A stretch of 64,000 nt of DNA, taken from positions 32,897 to 96,896 of the forward strand of contig JAZQIO010000028.1 in NCBI GenBank assembly GCA_045541135.1, in the 5' to 3' direction. Position numbers and translations under genes: made by a program. The notes under the pieces are model-generated. The model was not told the DNA's origin. It saw nothing but the letters and a program-made list of their open reading frames with translations, and searched no databases. Of the stretch, positions 9,290-17,571 are shown piece after piece. Origin of the DNA: Clostridia bacterium (GTDB lineage Bacteria > Bacillota > Clostridia > Monoglobales > Firm-18). Every line of letters starts with the position of its first letter. Positions within the stretch are counted from its first letter, which is position 1.

Positions 9290-9970
9290 GTGGAGTTAGC
9301 TAAGAAGTTAATTAAGTTCACTATCGCATTAACAATTTCGATTTTGGGAACAGTTATTATAGTTAATGCGGATCCCGGTGTAGTTACCGGAAATGGAGTA
9401 AATTTCAGAAGTGGCCCCGGAACAGGTTACGATATATATGCTTGTTTACCAAGAGGTACATATGTTACAGTAGATGGTACTGAAGGTAACTGGTATAAAA
9501 TTACATACAACGGTGTAAGCGGATATATGTCATCCGACTATGTTAGTGTAAGAAAAGGTGTGGAAGTTGACCGTTCAGGTCTTACAGTGGACAGATATGG
9601 AACAACAGGTGAAGTAATTGTTAATTATGCAGCTCAGTTTTTGGGTACACCATATGTATATGGTGGTTCATCACCAAGCGGTTTTGATTGTTCTGGCTTT
9701 GTTTCATATGTTTACGGTAGTTTTGGTTATTCTCTTAACAGAACTGCTGCAGGACAGAATTCGAATGGTATATGGGTTTCAAGAGATAATCTTGTAGCCG
9801 GTGATATAGTTTTGTTTAACACAAGCGGCGGTATAAGTCATGCCGGTATTTATGTTGGTAATGATACTTTTATCCACGCTGTTAAGCCGGGCACACCATT
9901 ACAGTATGACAGTTTAAATTCTTCTTATTATTCATCAAGATATGTTTCTGCAAGAAGAATAATCTATTAA
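9290..9970 (+). CDS. Secreted SH3b-domain / NlpC-P60 family peptidoglycan endopeptidase
   Basis: N-terminal signal/anchor, then an SH3b-like segment (GNGVNFRSGPGTGYDIY...GNWYKITYNGVSGYM). The NlpC/P60 catalytic block follows (YVYGGSSPSGFDCSGFVSYVY ... HAGIY ... IHA). GTG start after TGGAGTG. Confidence 0.9.
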   Translation: MELAKKLIKFTIALTISILGTVIIVNADPGVVTGNGVNFRSGPGTGYDIYACLPRGTYVTVDGTEGNWYKITYNGVSGYMSSDYVSVRKGVEVDRSGLTVDRYGTTGEVIVNYAAQFLGTPYVYGGSSPSGFDCSGFVSYVYGSFGYSLNRTAAGQNSNGIWVSRDNLVAGDIVLFNTSGGISHAGIYVGNDTFIHAVKPGTPLQYDSLNSSYYSSRYVSARRIIY

Positions 9971-9976
9971 TTTTAT

Positions 9977-10015
9977 ACAACCTTTATGTTTTTTTACATA
10001 AAGGTTGTTTTTCTT
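9977..10015 (+). terminator. Rho-independent terminator after the NlpC/P60 gene
   Basis: ACAACCTTTATGT, loop TTTTTT, ACATAAAGGTTGT (13-bp perfect stem), followed by TTTTTC. Confidence 0.8.
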
Positions 10016-10090
10016 TTGTTAAGTACTTGTCAAACCGTTAAAAATAGTATAAAATATAATAAGTTATATGTGTATGAAAGGAAATATAAT

Positions 10091-10921
10091 ATGATATTTA
10101 CAAAAATGCAATGTATTGGTAATGATTTTCTTATACTTAACGGTTTTGATGATATAATTGAAATTCCTGAAGATTTACCACTTAGAGTATGTGACAGACA
10201 TTTTGGCATAGGTGCTGACGGTTTGGCTTTAATTTTGTACTCTAATGATGCAGATTTTAGATTGGATTTTTTTAATCCGGACGGAATAAAATCACCTTGT
10301 AATACAAATATATTAAGATGTGCGGTAAAATATGCACTTGACAATAACATTGTTGATAAAGATTTAATTTCTGTAGATACCGATAACGGAATTAAATATG
10401 TGAAGGCTGAGAATGACGAAAGAAGCAATCTGATTATAAACATAGGAGAGCCTATTTTTACTCCACATTTAATTCCTGTTGACTACACAGGTGATGAATT
10501 TATTGAAAAAGTTATTCCTGTGGGAGCTAATGATTATGTTGCCAGCTGTGTTTTGATTAACTCAAATCCGTGTACTGTAATTTTTACTGAAAATACTGAA
10601 AAATTAAATGATATTGAAATTAATAAAATTGCTCCTTTTATTGAGAAACACAATGTTTTTCCTAATAACACAAACGTAATATTTGCAAACATTGAAGATC
10701 ACAATACAATTCAAGTACGATGTTGGCAGATGAATTCGGGTGAAGTTATCGGTTGTGATTTTGGAGCTGTTGCTGCTTTTGTTATAGCAAATCATTTGGG
10801 GAAGGTTGATGATAAGGTATCTGCGGAACTTTATGGCGGTGACCTTAAACTTGAACTTAGTGATGATAATTTCGTATATGTTATTGCATCTGCAGAAAAT
10901 GTTTTTGAAATTAACTGGTAA
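10091..10921 (+). CDS. dapF: Diaminopimelate epimerase family protein (divergent DapF)
   Basis: The N-terminus FTKMQCIGNDFLILNG equals the DapF F-x-K-M-x-G-x-GNDF block. Both Cys-containing motifs are recognisable but altered (see findings). The ATG at 10091 follows AAAGG. The ORF-track start at 9986 reads through the upstream terminator. Confidence 0.75.
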   Translation: MIFTKMQCIGNDFLILNGFDDIIEIPEDLPLRVCDRHFGIGADGLALILYSNDADFRLDFFNPDGIKSPCNTNILRCAVKYALDNNIVDKDLISVDTDNGIKYVKAENDERSNLIINIGEPIFTPHLIPVDYTGDEFIEKVIPVGANDYVASCVLINSNPCTVIFTENTEKLNDIEINKIAPFIEKHNVFPNNTNVIFANIEDHNTIQVRCWQMNSGEVIGCDFGAVAAFVIANHLGKVDDKVSAELYGGDLKLELSDDNFVYVIASAENVFEINW

Positions 10922-10971
10922 ATTCACATATATAAGACATAATATAATTAAGATGTTTAGTAGGTGCATAT

Positions 10972-11616
10972 ATGTTTAAAAGAATCAGAAGTGATGTTAG
11001 GGCAGTTTTAGAACGAGATCCTGCTGCGAGAAGTTTTTGGGAAGTGTATTTCTTATATTCCGGTGTAAGGGCAATAAGAAGTTACAGAAAGGCACATTGG
11101 TTTTATAATAAGAAAATGTATTTTATTGCAAGATACATTTCTCAAAGAGCGAGAAAGAAAACAGGTATTGAAATTCATCCTGCAGCAGTAATAGGTGATG
11201 GAGTATTTATTGACCATGGTATGGGTGTTGTAATAGGTGAAACCACTGTTATTGGTGATAACTGTACCATTTATCAGGGTGTAACCCTCGGGGGTACAGG
11301 TAAGGATAAGGGAAAACGTCATCCTACAATAGGAAATAACGTGGTTATTGGTTCCGGTGCAAAAGTTTTGGGTCCGTTTAAAGTAGGTGACAATTCAAAA
11401 ATTGCTGCCAATGCCGTAGTTTTATCTGAAATACCGGATAACTGTACTGTAGTGGGTGTTCCCGGACGAATTGTTAAGAAAAATAATGTTAAGATTAATG
11501 TTGTTGCAGACCTTGACCAGGTTCATATTCCCGACCCGATTTCTATGGAGCTTTGTAAGCTGAATGTAAGGTTGGATAAGTTAGAAAAGGAGAATAATGA
11601 AGATGAAAATATATAA
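10972..11616 (+). CDS. cysE: Serine O-acetyltransferase
   Basis: Contains a SATase N-terminal helix region and hexapeptide repeats ([41 protein letters not shown]). It sits in cysE-cysS synteny. Confidence 0.92.
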   Translation: MFKRIRSDVRAVLERDPAARSFWEVYFLYSGVRAIRSYRKAHWFYNKKMYFIARYISQRARKKTGIEIHPAAVIGDGVFIDHGMGVVIGETTVIGDNCTIYQGVTLGGTGKDKGKRHPTIGNNVVIGSGAKVLGPFKVGDNSKIAANAVVLSEIPDNCTVVGVPGRIVKKNNVKINVVADLDQVHIPDPISMELCKLNVRLDKLEKENNEDENI

Positions 11617-12997
11617 CACTTTAACAAGAAAAAAGGAAGAGTTTGTACCATTAGTACCCAATGAAGTTAAAATGTATTCTTGTGGTCCCACTGTATACAA
11701 CTATTTTCATATAGGTAATGCAAGACCTTTTATTATTTTTGATACAATGCGTAAGTATCTTGAATATAACGGCTACAAGGTTACCTTTGTTCAAAATTTT
11801 ACGGACATTGATGATAAAATGATTAATAAAGCAAATGATGAAGGAATTACCGTAAAAGAGCTTGGTGAAAGATTTATTGAAGAATATTTCAAGGATGCAG
11901 ATTCTTTAGGCATTTCCCGCGCATCTGTTCATCCAAAAGCTACTGAAAATATTGATTCTATTATTAATATTGTAAAAAAGCTTGAAGATAACGGCTATGC
12001 ATATAATGTAGACGGAGATGTATATTTTTCAACTAAGAAATTTAACGAATACGGCAAACTTTCACACCAACCGCTTGATGAGCTTGAAGCAGGTGCAAGA
12101 ATTAATGTTAATGAAAGCAAAGAAGAGCCGATGGATTTTGCTTTATGGAAAAAGCAAAAACCCGGTGAACCTGCATGGGAAAGTCCATGGGGTATGGGTA
12201 GACCGGGATGGCATATTGAATGTTCTGCTATGGCAAATAAATATCTTGGCGAAACAATAGATATTCACAGTGGTGGTCAGGATTTGATTTTCCCTCATCA
12301 CGAAAATGAAATTGCACAGAGTGAATGTGCAAATTGCAAACCGTTTGCAAGATATTGGATGCATAACGGATACATTAATGTAGACAATAAAAAAATGTCA
12401 AAGTCTCTTGGTAATTTCTTTACAGTAAGAGATGTACTTAAAGAATTTGATGGTGAAGTTATTCGTTTCTTTATGCTTTCGGCACACTACAGAAGCCCCA
12501 TCAACTTTTCTAAAGACCTTATTGAACAGGCAAAGACAGGCCTTGAAAGACTTTACACTTGCATTAATAATCTTGAATTTTTGAAACAAAATTCAAATGA
12601 AGGCGAATTAAGCGATAAAGTTAAAGAAATGACTGTTAAATACAAAGATGCTTTTTGTGAAGCGATGGATGATGATCTTAATACAGGTCTTGCAATAGCT
12701 GCACTGTTTGATTTGGTAAGAGATATTAATACAACATTTACATCATCTTCTGTCCAGAGTGTTAAGGATTTAGATGAATGCATTAACTTACTTAAAGAAT
12801 TAGGTGGTGTACTTGGTATTCTTCAAAATACAGAGACCGAATCAATAGACAATGAAATTGAAGAACTTATTGCAAAACGTCAGGAAGCGAGAAAAGCTAA
12901 AAACTTTGCTTTGGCTGATGAAATAAGAGATAATCTTAAAGCTCAGGGCATTGTTTTGGAAGATACACCAAACGGTGTTAAATGGAAGAGAATATAA
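11597..12997 (+). CDS. cysS: Cysteinyl-tRNA synthetase
   Basis: [14 protein letters not shown]-terminus, HIGN (HIGH) motif, KMSKS (KKMSKSLGN). The start may be the second ATG at 11603. Confidence 0.97.
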   Translation: MKMKIYNTLTRKKEEFVPLVPNEVKMYSCGPTVYNYFHIGNARPFIIFDTMRKYLEYNGYKVTFVQNFTDIDDKMINKANDEGITVKELGERFIEEYFKDADSLGISRASVHPKATENIDSIINIVKKLEDNGYAYNVDGDVYFSTKKFNEYGKLSHQPLDELEAGARINVNESKEEPMDFALWKKQKPGEPAWESPWGMGRPGWHIECSAMANKYLGETIDIHSGGQDLIFPHHENEIAQSECANCKPFARYWMHNGYINVDNKKMSKSLGNFFTVRDVLKEFDGEVIRFFMLSAHYRSPINFSKDLIEQAKTGLERLYTCINNLEFLKQNSNEGELSDKVKEMTVKYKDAFCEAMDDDLNTGLAIAALFDLVRDINTTFTSSSVQSVKDLDECINLLKELGGVLGILQNTETESIDNEIEELIAKRQEARKAKNFALADEIRDNLKAQGIVLEDTPNGVKWKRI

Positions 12998-13383
12998 GCT
13001 TGAACGGAGATGATATTTTGACAGAAGCAGAACAGTATTCTCCATTGGTACTTGCTTATATGGGTGATGCAGTATATGAACTTTATGTTCGTAAAATGCT
13101 TGTTTCAAAAGCAAATACTCAAGTTGATAAACTTCATAAATCTGCTGTGCAGATTGTAAAGGCAGAGGCACAATGTGAAGCATTCAGAAAAATTGAAAAT
13201 GAACTTACAGAAAAAGAAATGGCTGTTTTTAAACGCGGACGTAACACGAAGTCAAGTGTTCCGAAGCATTCATCCGTTGCGGAATACAGAACAGCTACCG
13301 GCTTGGAGGCTTTGATTGGGTACATATATCTTACAGGTGATACAAACCGCCTGAATTATATAATGAACTTGATTTTAGAATAA
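12982..13383 (+). CDS. mrnC: Mini-ribonuclease III (Mini-III, YazC family)
   Basis: 133 aa with [14 protein letters not shown] and [14 protein letters not shown] blocks. It follows cysS as in Bacillus. Confidence 0.88.
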   Translation: MEENISLNGDDILTEAEQYSPLVLAYMGDAVYELYVRKMLVSKANTQVDKLHKSAVQIVKAEAQCEAFRKIENELTEKEMAVFKRGRNTKSSVPKHSSVAEYRTATGLEALIGYIYLTGDTNRLNYIMNLILE

Positions 13384-13396
13384 AGTCGGTGATAAA

Positions 13397-14233
13397 TTGA
13401 AAAAAGAAGTTGCAATTTTAAAAAAATATCTATCAATAACAATAGGATGTGCACTTGCCGGTTTTTCTCTCAGTTGCTTTTTAGCATCCAACGATATAAT
13501 AGCCGGTGGTGTATCAGGTATTGCAACTATAATCAACCATTTTTCCCCACTATCTATTGGTTTTATGATAATCTTAATAAATGTCCCCATTTTTATATGG
13601 GGCATTGTTAAGTTTGGTAAGTCATTAGGTATAGCAACTTTATATGCAACTGTTGCGCTTTCGATATTTACTGATTTGTTTGCATGTATCGGATCTTTAA
13701 CAAACGATATGCTTTTGGCATCTGTTTTTGGCGGTTTGATAGCAGGTGTCGGTTACGGTATGGTATTTTACTCTAACGCAACAACAGGTGGAGTAGATAT
13801 AATTGCCAATATAATTAAGTTAAAATATAGGCATATGCCACTTGGCAAAATAATTTTGATTGTTGATTTGGTTATAATTTTGCTTGCAATGTATGTGTAT
13901 AAAAACATAAATATAGGACTATATTCAATTATTTCGCTTTGGCTAACTGCATATATACTTGATTTGATTTTGGAAGGATTTAATTTTTCGAAGCTTGTTT
14001 TGATTATATCAGAACATAATGAAGAAATTGCAAAATCAATAAATTTTGATTTAAACAGAGGAGCAACTTTTTTAAATGGTCAGGGCACATATACAAATCA
14101 GGATAAAAAAGTAATTATGTGTACTATAAAAGAAAAGGAAATACCACTGTTAAAGGACATTATAAAATCAATTGACAGAAATTCATTTGTTCTTATAACA
14201 GATGCAAAAGAAGTTTTGGGTAACGGATTTTAA
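13397..14233 (+). CDS. YitT-family integral membrane protein with C-terminal DUF2179 domain
   Basis: Multiple TM helices, GGVSGIA and GGVDI motifs, and a soluble C-terminal domain. TTG start 4 nt after GGTGA. Confidence 0.8.
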   Translation: MKKEVAILKKYLSITIGCALAGFSLSCFLASNDIIAGGVSGIATIINHFSPLSIGFMIILINVPIFIWGIVKFGKSLGIATLYATVALSIFTDLFACIGSLTNDMLLASVFGGLIAGVGYGMVFYSNATTGGVDIIANIIKLKYRHMPLGKIILIVDLVIILLAMYVYKNINIGLYSIISLWLTAYILDLILEGFNFSKLVLIISEHNEEIAKSINFDLNRGATFLNGQGTYTNQDKKVIMCTIKEKEIPLLKDIIKSIDRNSFVLITDAKEVLGNGF

Positions 14234-14278
14234 TTATTTGACAGATTGTCAAAAAATTCAACAATTGTATTTAACATA

Positions 14279-14307
14279 TTGAAAATAATTTTTTCGTGTG
14301 TTATAAT
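14279..14307 (+). promoter_or_regulatory. sigma-A promoter with extended -10 for the transketolase genes
   Basis: TTGAAA (14279-14284), a 17-nt spacer, then TGtTATAAT (-10 at 14302-14307). Confidence 0.6.
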
Positions 14308-14365
14308 ATAAAAAATGTAAAAAATACACAAAAGAGGAGGTCAGCAATTTTATATTGCGAAATTT

Positions 14366-15205
14366 ATGAATAACAGAGAGTTAGAAATTATTGCATGTAA
14401 AATCAGACATCATGTTATTAATGCGGTACACTCTGCAAAAGCAGGTCATCCGGGTGGTTCACTGTCTATGGCTGATATTATTACAGAAATTTATTTTGAA
14501 CAAATGAATGTTGATCCTAAAAATCCTAAATGGGATAAGAGAGATAGATTTGTACTTTCTAAAGGACACTGTTCACCTGCACTATATGGCGCTTTGGCTG
14601 AAAAGGGATTTTTCCCTGTTGAAGACATTACAACATTCAGACACACAGGAAGCTATCTTCAGGGACATCCAAGCCTTAAGGATACACCAGGGGTGGATAT
14701 GTCTACAGGTTCACTTGGTCAGGGAATTTCTGCTGCAAACGGTATGGCAATTGCAGCCAAACTAAACGGTGATGATTACCGTGTATATACAGTTTTGGGT
14801 GATGGTGAAATAGAAGAGGGTCAGGTTTGGGAAGCTGCAATGTTTGCTGCTCACTATAAACTTGATAATCTTTGTGCAGTTGTTGACTGGAACGGTTTGC
14901 AGATTGACGGTAAAATTGAAGATGTTATGTCATCACTTCCAATAGATGAAAAATTTGCTGCTTTTGGTTGGAATGTAATTTTAGTTGATGCACACGATTT
15001 TGATTCTTTAAGAGACGGCTTTAACAAGGCAAAAGAATGTAAAGGCAAACCAACTGTATTGGTTGCAAAAAGTATTAAGGGTAAAGATGTATCCTTTATG
15101 GAAAATCTTGCAAGCTGGCATGGTGTTGCACCTAACGATGAACAGCGTGATCAGGCTATTGCAGAGCTTGACAAGAAGTTAGAAGAATTGGGAGGTAAAA
15201 TGTAA
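14366..15205 (+). CDS. tkt: Transketolase, N-terminal (TPP-binding) subunit
   Basis: GHPGGSLSMADI, LSKGHCSPALY and GDGEIEEGQVWEA are transketolase PP-domain motifs. It is the short split form (279 aa). Confidence 0.95.
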   Translation: MNNRELEIIACKIRHHVINAVHSAKAGHPGGSLSMADIITEIYFEQMNVDPKNPKWDKRDRFVLSKGHCSPALYGALAEKGFFPVEDITTFRHTGSYLQGHPSLKDTPGVDMSTGSLGQGISAANGMAIAAKLNGDDYRVYTVLGDGEIEEGQVWEAAMFAAHYKLDNLCAVVDWNGLQIDGKIEDVMSSLPIDEKFAAFGWNVILVDAHDFDSLRDGFNKAKECKGKPTVLVAKSIKGKDVSFMENLASWHGVAPNDEQRDQAIAELDKKLEELGGKM

Positions 15206-16140
15206 TGGCTGATATAATTGCTACAAGAGAAGCTTACGGCAAAGCTTTAGCTGAATTTGGAGATACATATGATATGGTTGTTATGGATGCCGACCTTTCC
15301 GGTTCAACCAAAACAGGTGTTTTTGCAAAGAAATTTCCTGAAAGATTTATAAACTGCGGTATTGCAGAAGGTAATATGATGACTACTGCAGCAGGTATCG
15401 CTACAACCGGTAAGACAGTTTTTGCTTCTACATTCGCTGTTTTTGCATCCGGTCGTGCTTTTGAACAGATCAGAAACTCAATTTGCTACCCTAATCTTAA
15501 TGTTAAAATAGGTGCAACTCATGCGGGTTTATCTGTTGGCGAAGATGGTGCATCACATCAGGCAATTGCCGATATGGCAGTTATGCGTGCGTTGCCAAAT
15601 ATGATTGTTCTTAATCCTGCAGATGCTGTTGAAACAAAATGCGCTATTAAAGCAGCTATTGAATACAATGGTCCTGTATATATAAGACTTGGCAGACTTG
15701 GTGTGCCTGTGATTTTTGATGAAGCAACATACAAGTTTGAAATTGGTAAAGGTCAGCTTATCAACGATGGTGACGATATTACTATTATTGCAACAGGTCT
15801 TATGACAACAGAAGCTATAAAAGCTGTTGAAACATTAAAAGCTGAGGGTGTTAATGCAAGACTTATAAATATTCATACAATAAAGCCTATTGATAGGGAT
15901 ATTATTATAAAAGCAGCAAAGGAAACAGGACATATTGTTACTGTTGAAGAACATTCCGTTATCGGTGGTCTTGGTAGCGCAGTTGCTGAAGTTCTGGCAG
16001 AAGAATATCCTTGCAAAGTGACTCGAATTGGCGTTCAGGATGTGTTTGGTCAGTCAGGTAAGCCTTATGAACTTTTGGATATGTATGGTCTTACAGACAA
16101 AAATATTGTTGCAAAAGTAAAAGAAATTCTAGGTAAATAA
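15205..16140 (+). CDS. tkt: Transketolase, C-terminal (pyrimidine-binding) subunit
   Basis: Contains FINCGIAEGNMM and THAGLSVGEDGASHQ. The start overlaps the stop of the N-terminal subunit (ATG within TAATG). Confidence 0.95.
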   Translation: MADIIATREAYGKALAEFGDTYDMVVMDADLSGSTKTGVFAKKFPERFINCGIAEGNMMTTAAGIATTGKTVFASTFAVFASGRAFEQIRNSICYPNLNVKIGATHAGLSVGEDGASHQAIADMAVMRALPNMIVLNPADAVETKCAIKAAIEYNGPVYIRLGRLGVPVIFDEATYKFEIGKGQLINDGDDITIIATGLMTTEAIKAVETLKAEGVNARLINIHTIKPIDRDIIIKAAKETGHIVTVEEHSVIGGLGSAVAEVLAEEYPCKVTRIGVQDVFGQSGKPYELLDMYGLTDKNIVAKVKEILGK

Positions 16141-16150
16141 TTTTTAAAAA

Positions 16151-16183
16151 ATCCTGTATTGTTAAAATACAGGATTTTTTTTT
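16151..16183 (+). terminator. Rho-independent terminator after transketolase
   Basis: ATCCTGTAT (16151-16159), loop, ATACAGGAT (16167-16175), followed by a run of 9 T. Confidence 0.85.
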
Positions 16184-16190
16184 GCAAAAA

Positions 16191-16218
16191 TGAACCTTTT
16201 TAATTATTTTTTTGTCTA
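16191..16218 (+). promoter_or_regulatory. Candidate ECF-type (autoregulatory) promoter upstream of the sigma gene
   Basis: TGAACC (16191-16196), then GTCTA (16214-16218), with 18 nt between AAC and GTC. This resembles the GAAC...GTCT/TCTA architecture of ECF promoters. It lies 45 nt upstream of the ATG. Confidence 0.3.
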
Positions 16219-16263
16219 TATATGTGAAATAAGTTTTGATATTGAAGGCGAGGAGGTGATGAT

Positions 16264-17535
16264 ATGGATTTGTTTGAAGAATTATTGTCAAAACACAGTC
16301 CTTTGGTAGAAAGATACGTAAAATTCAGATTGCCGGAAGTCGCAGATAAAGAGGATGTAATTCAGGAAATTTACTTTTCTGCATTTAAAAATTTTGGACA
16401 GCTTAAAAATATTAATTCTTTTAAACCGTGGATTATAGGTATTGCAATAAACAAATGCAATGACTGGTACAAAGCTAATGCAAAAAAGTCAGAAATACCT
16501 ATTGATTCGGTGGAAGAAAGCAAACTGATTTATGGACGTTATGGTTTAACAGAATCAAATGAAGTTAAAGAAACACTTGATTTGATGAAGGATAAATATA
16601 GGCAAATACTTGATTTGTATTTTATAAAAGAAATGCAACAGAAGGATATTTCTAAATATTTGTCAATACCATTGGGTACTGTTAAAAGCCGTATTTATAA
16701 GGCAAAACATGAATTTAAAAAAATATATCCGCATCATCCTGACAGTAAGAAGGGAGAAATAAATATGAAAATTATTCCTGGAATTTTACCGGAGTATAAA
16801 ATTGAATATTCGGATAAAAAACCGTTTAATGTAAAATGGGAAGAGCTTATGGGATGGTTTCTCGTACCCAAGCTTGGTGAAAAAATAACCTGGGGAATGT
16901 ATGATATTCCATCACGAAAATGCAATCATATTTATGATATGAAGGTTACCGGCAAGGCAATGGTGCACGGAATAGAGGGAGTAGAGCTTACTGCACGTGA
17001 GGCTAATTATTCCGAAAAAAAGGAGGCAATATACCGCACTTTTGTAGCACAGCTTACAGATACACATTGCCGTTATCTTGCAACTATTCGAAATGACGGA
17101 GATGTAAGAAATTATATAACCTTTCTTGATGAGGAAGCATTTATGCCTAACTGGGGGTTTGGTGAAGATAATTGCGGCAATGAAACTAATCTGAAAGTTA
17201 AAGGAGATATTAAAAGAGAAGGGAATATTGTTACAAGTACTGACAAAGGTTTTCTTCTTGATATTGTGGGAAGATATACAGTTACAATTAACGGCAAAAG
17301 TTATGATACCGTATGTGTTATGGATATTGAAACATATAACTGCGGAGTTGTTTCTGAACAATTTCTTGACAAAAACGGTAAAACAATTCTATGGAGACGT
17401 TTCAATCGTGATGACTGGGCATTTAAAACATATAATAAAAAATGGAGCGAAATGATGCCCGGCAATGATAGATTGATTGTAAACGGAACAACTTATGTAC
17501 AATGGTACGATTGTATAACGGATTATATTTTATAA
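16264..17535 (+). CDS. ECF-type sigma-70 family factor (about 160 aa) fused to a soluble C-terminal domain of about 255 aa with unknown function
   Basis: Region 2 is DVIQEIYFSAFKNFGQL...FKPWIIGIAINKCNDWYK. Region 4 is YRQILDLYFIKEMQQKDISKYLSIPLGTVKSRIYKAKHEF. The remaining 255 aa are Trp/Cys-rich with no TM segment, and I do not recognise the domain. Confidence 0.8.
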   Translation: MDLFEELLSKHSPLVERYVKFRLPEVADKEDVIQEIYFSAFKNFGQLKNINSFKPWIIGIAINKCNDWYKANAKKSEIPIDSVEESKLIYGRYGLTESNEVKETLDLMKDKYRQILDLYFIKEMQQKDISKYLSIPLGTVKSRIYKAKHEFKKIYPHHPDSKKGEINMKIIPGILPEYKIEYSDKKPFNVKWEELMGWFLVPKLGEKITWGMYDIPSRKCNHIYDMKVTGKAMVHGIEGVELTAREANYSEKKEAIYRTFVAQLTDTHCRYLATIRNDGDVRNYITFLDEEAFMPNWGFGEDNCGNETNLKVKGDIKREGNIVTSTDKGFLLDIVGRYTVTINGKSYDTVCVMDIETYNCGVVSEQFLDKNGKTILWRRFNRDDWAFKTYNKKWSEMMPGNDRLIVNGTTYVQWYDCITDYIL

Positions 17536-17568
17536 AAAAAGAACTGTTGGTTCAACAGTTCTTTTTTT
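17534..17568. terminator. Bidirectional terminator between the convergent sigma and SLH genes
   Basis: AAAAAAA, GAACTGTT, loop, AACAGTTC, TTTTTTT. The A-run and T-run can serve both strands. Confidence 0.85.
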
Positions 17569-17571
17569 GAG

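Noticed and set aside
10922-10971. T-box leaders upstream of cysE-cysS and upstream of leuS (5853-5867).
   Set aside because: The intergenic spaces are 50 nt and 15 nt, far too short for a T-box of about 200 nt. No specifier or antiterminator structure is visible.
14238-14252. Inverted repeat TTGACA-GAT-TGTCAA just after the yitT stop, upstream of the transketolase promoter.
   Set aside because: This is a short 6-bp palindrome with no matching -10 at proper spacing and no recognisable regulator motif. It could be a weak hairpin ending yitT, and it is not distinctive enough to call.
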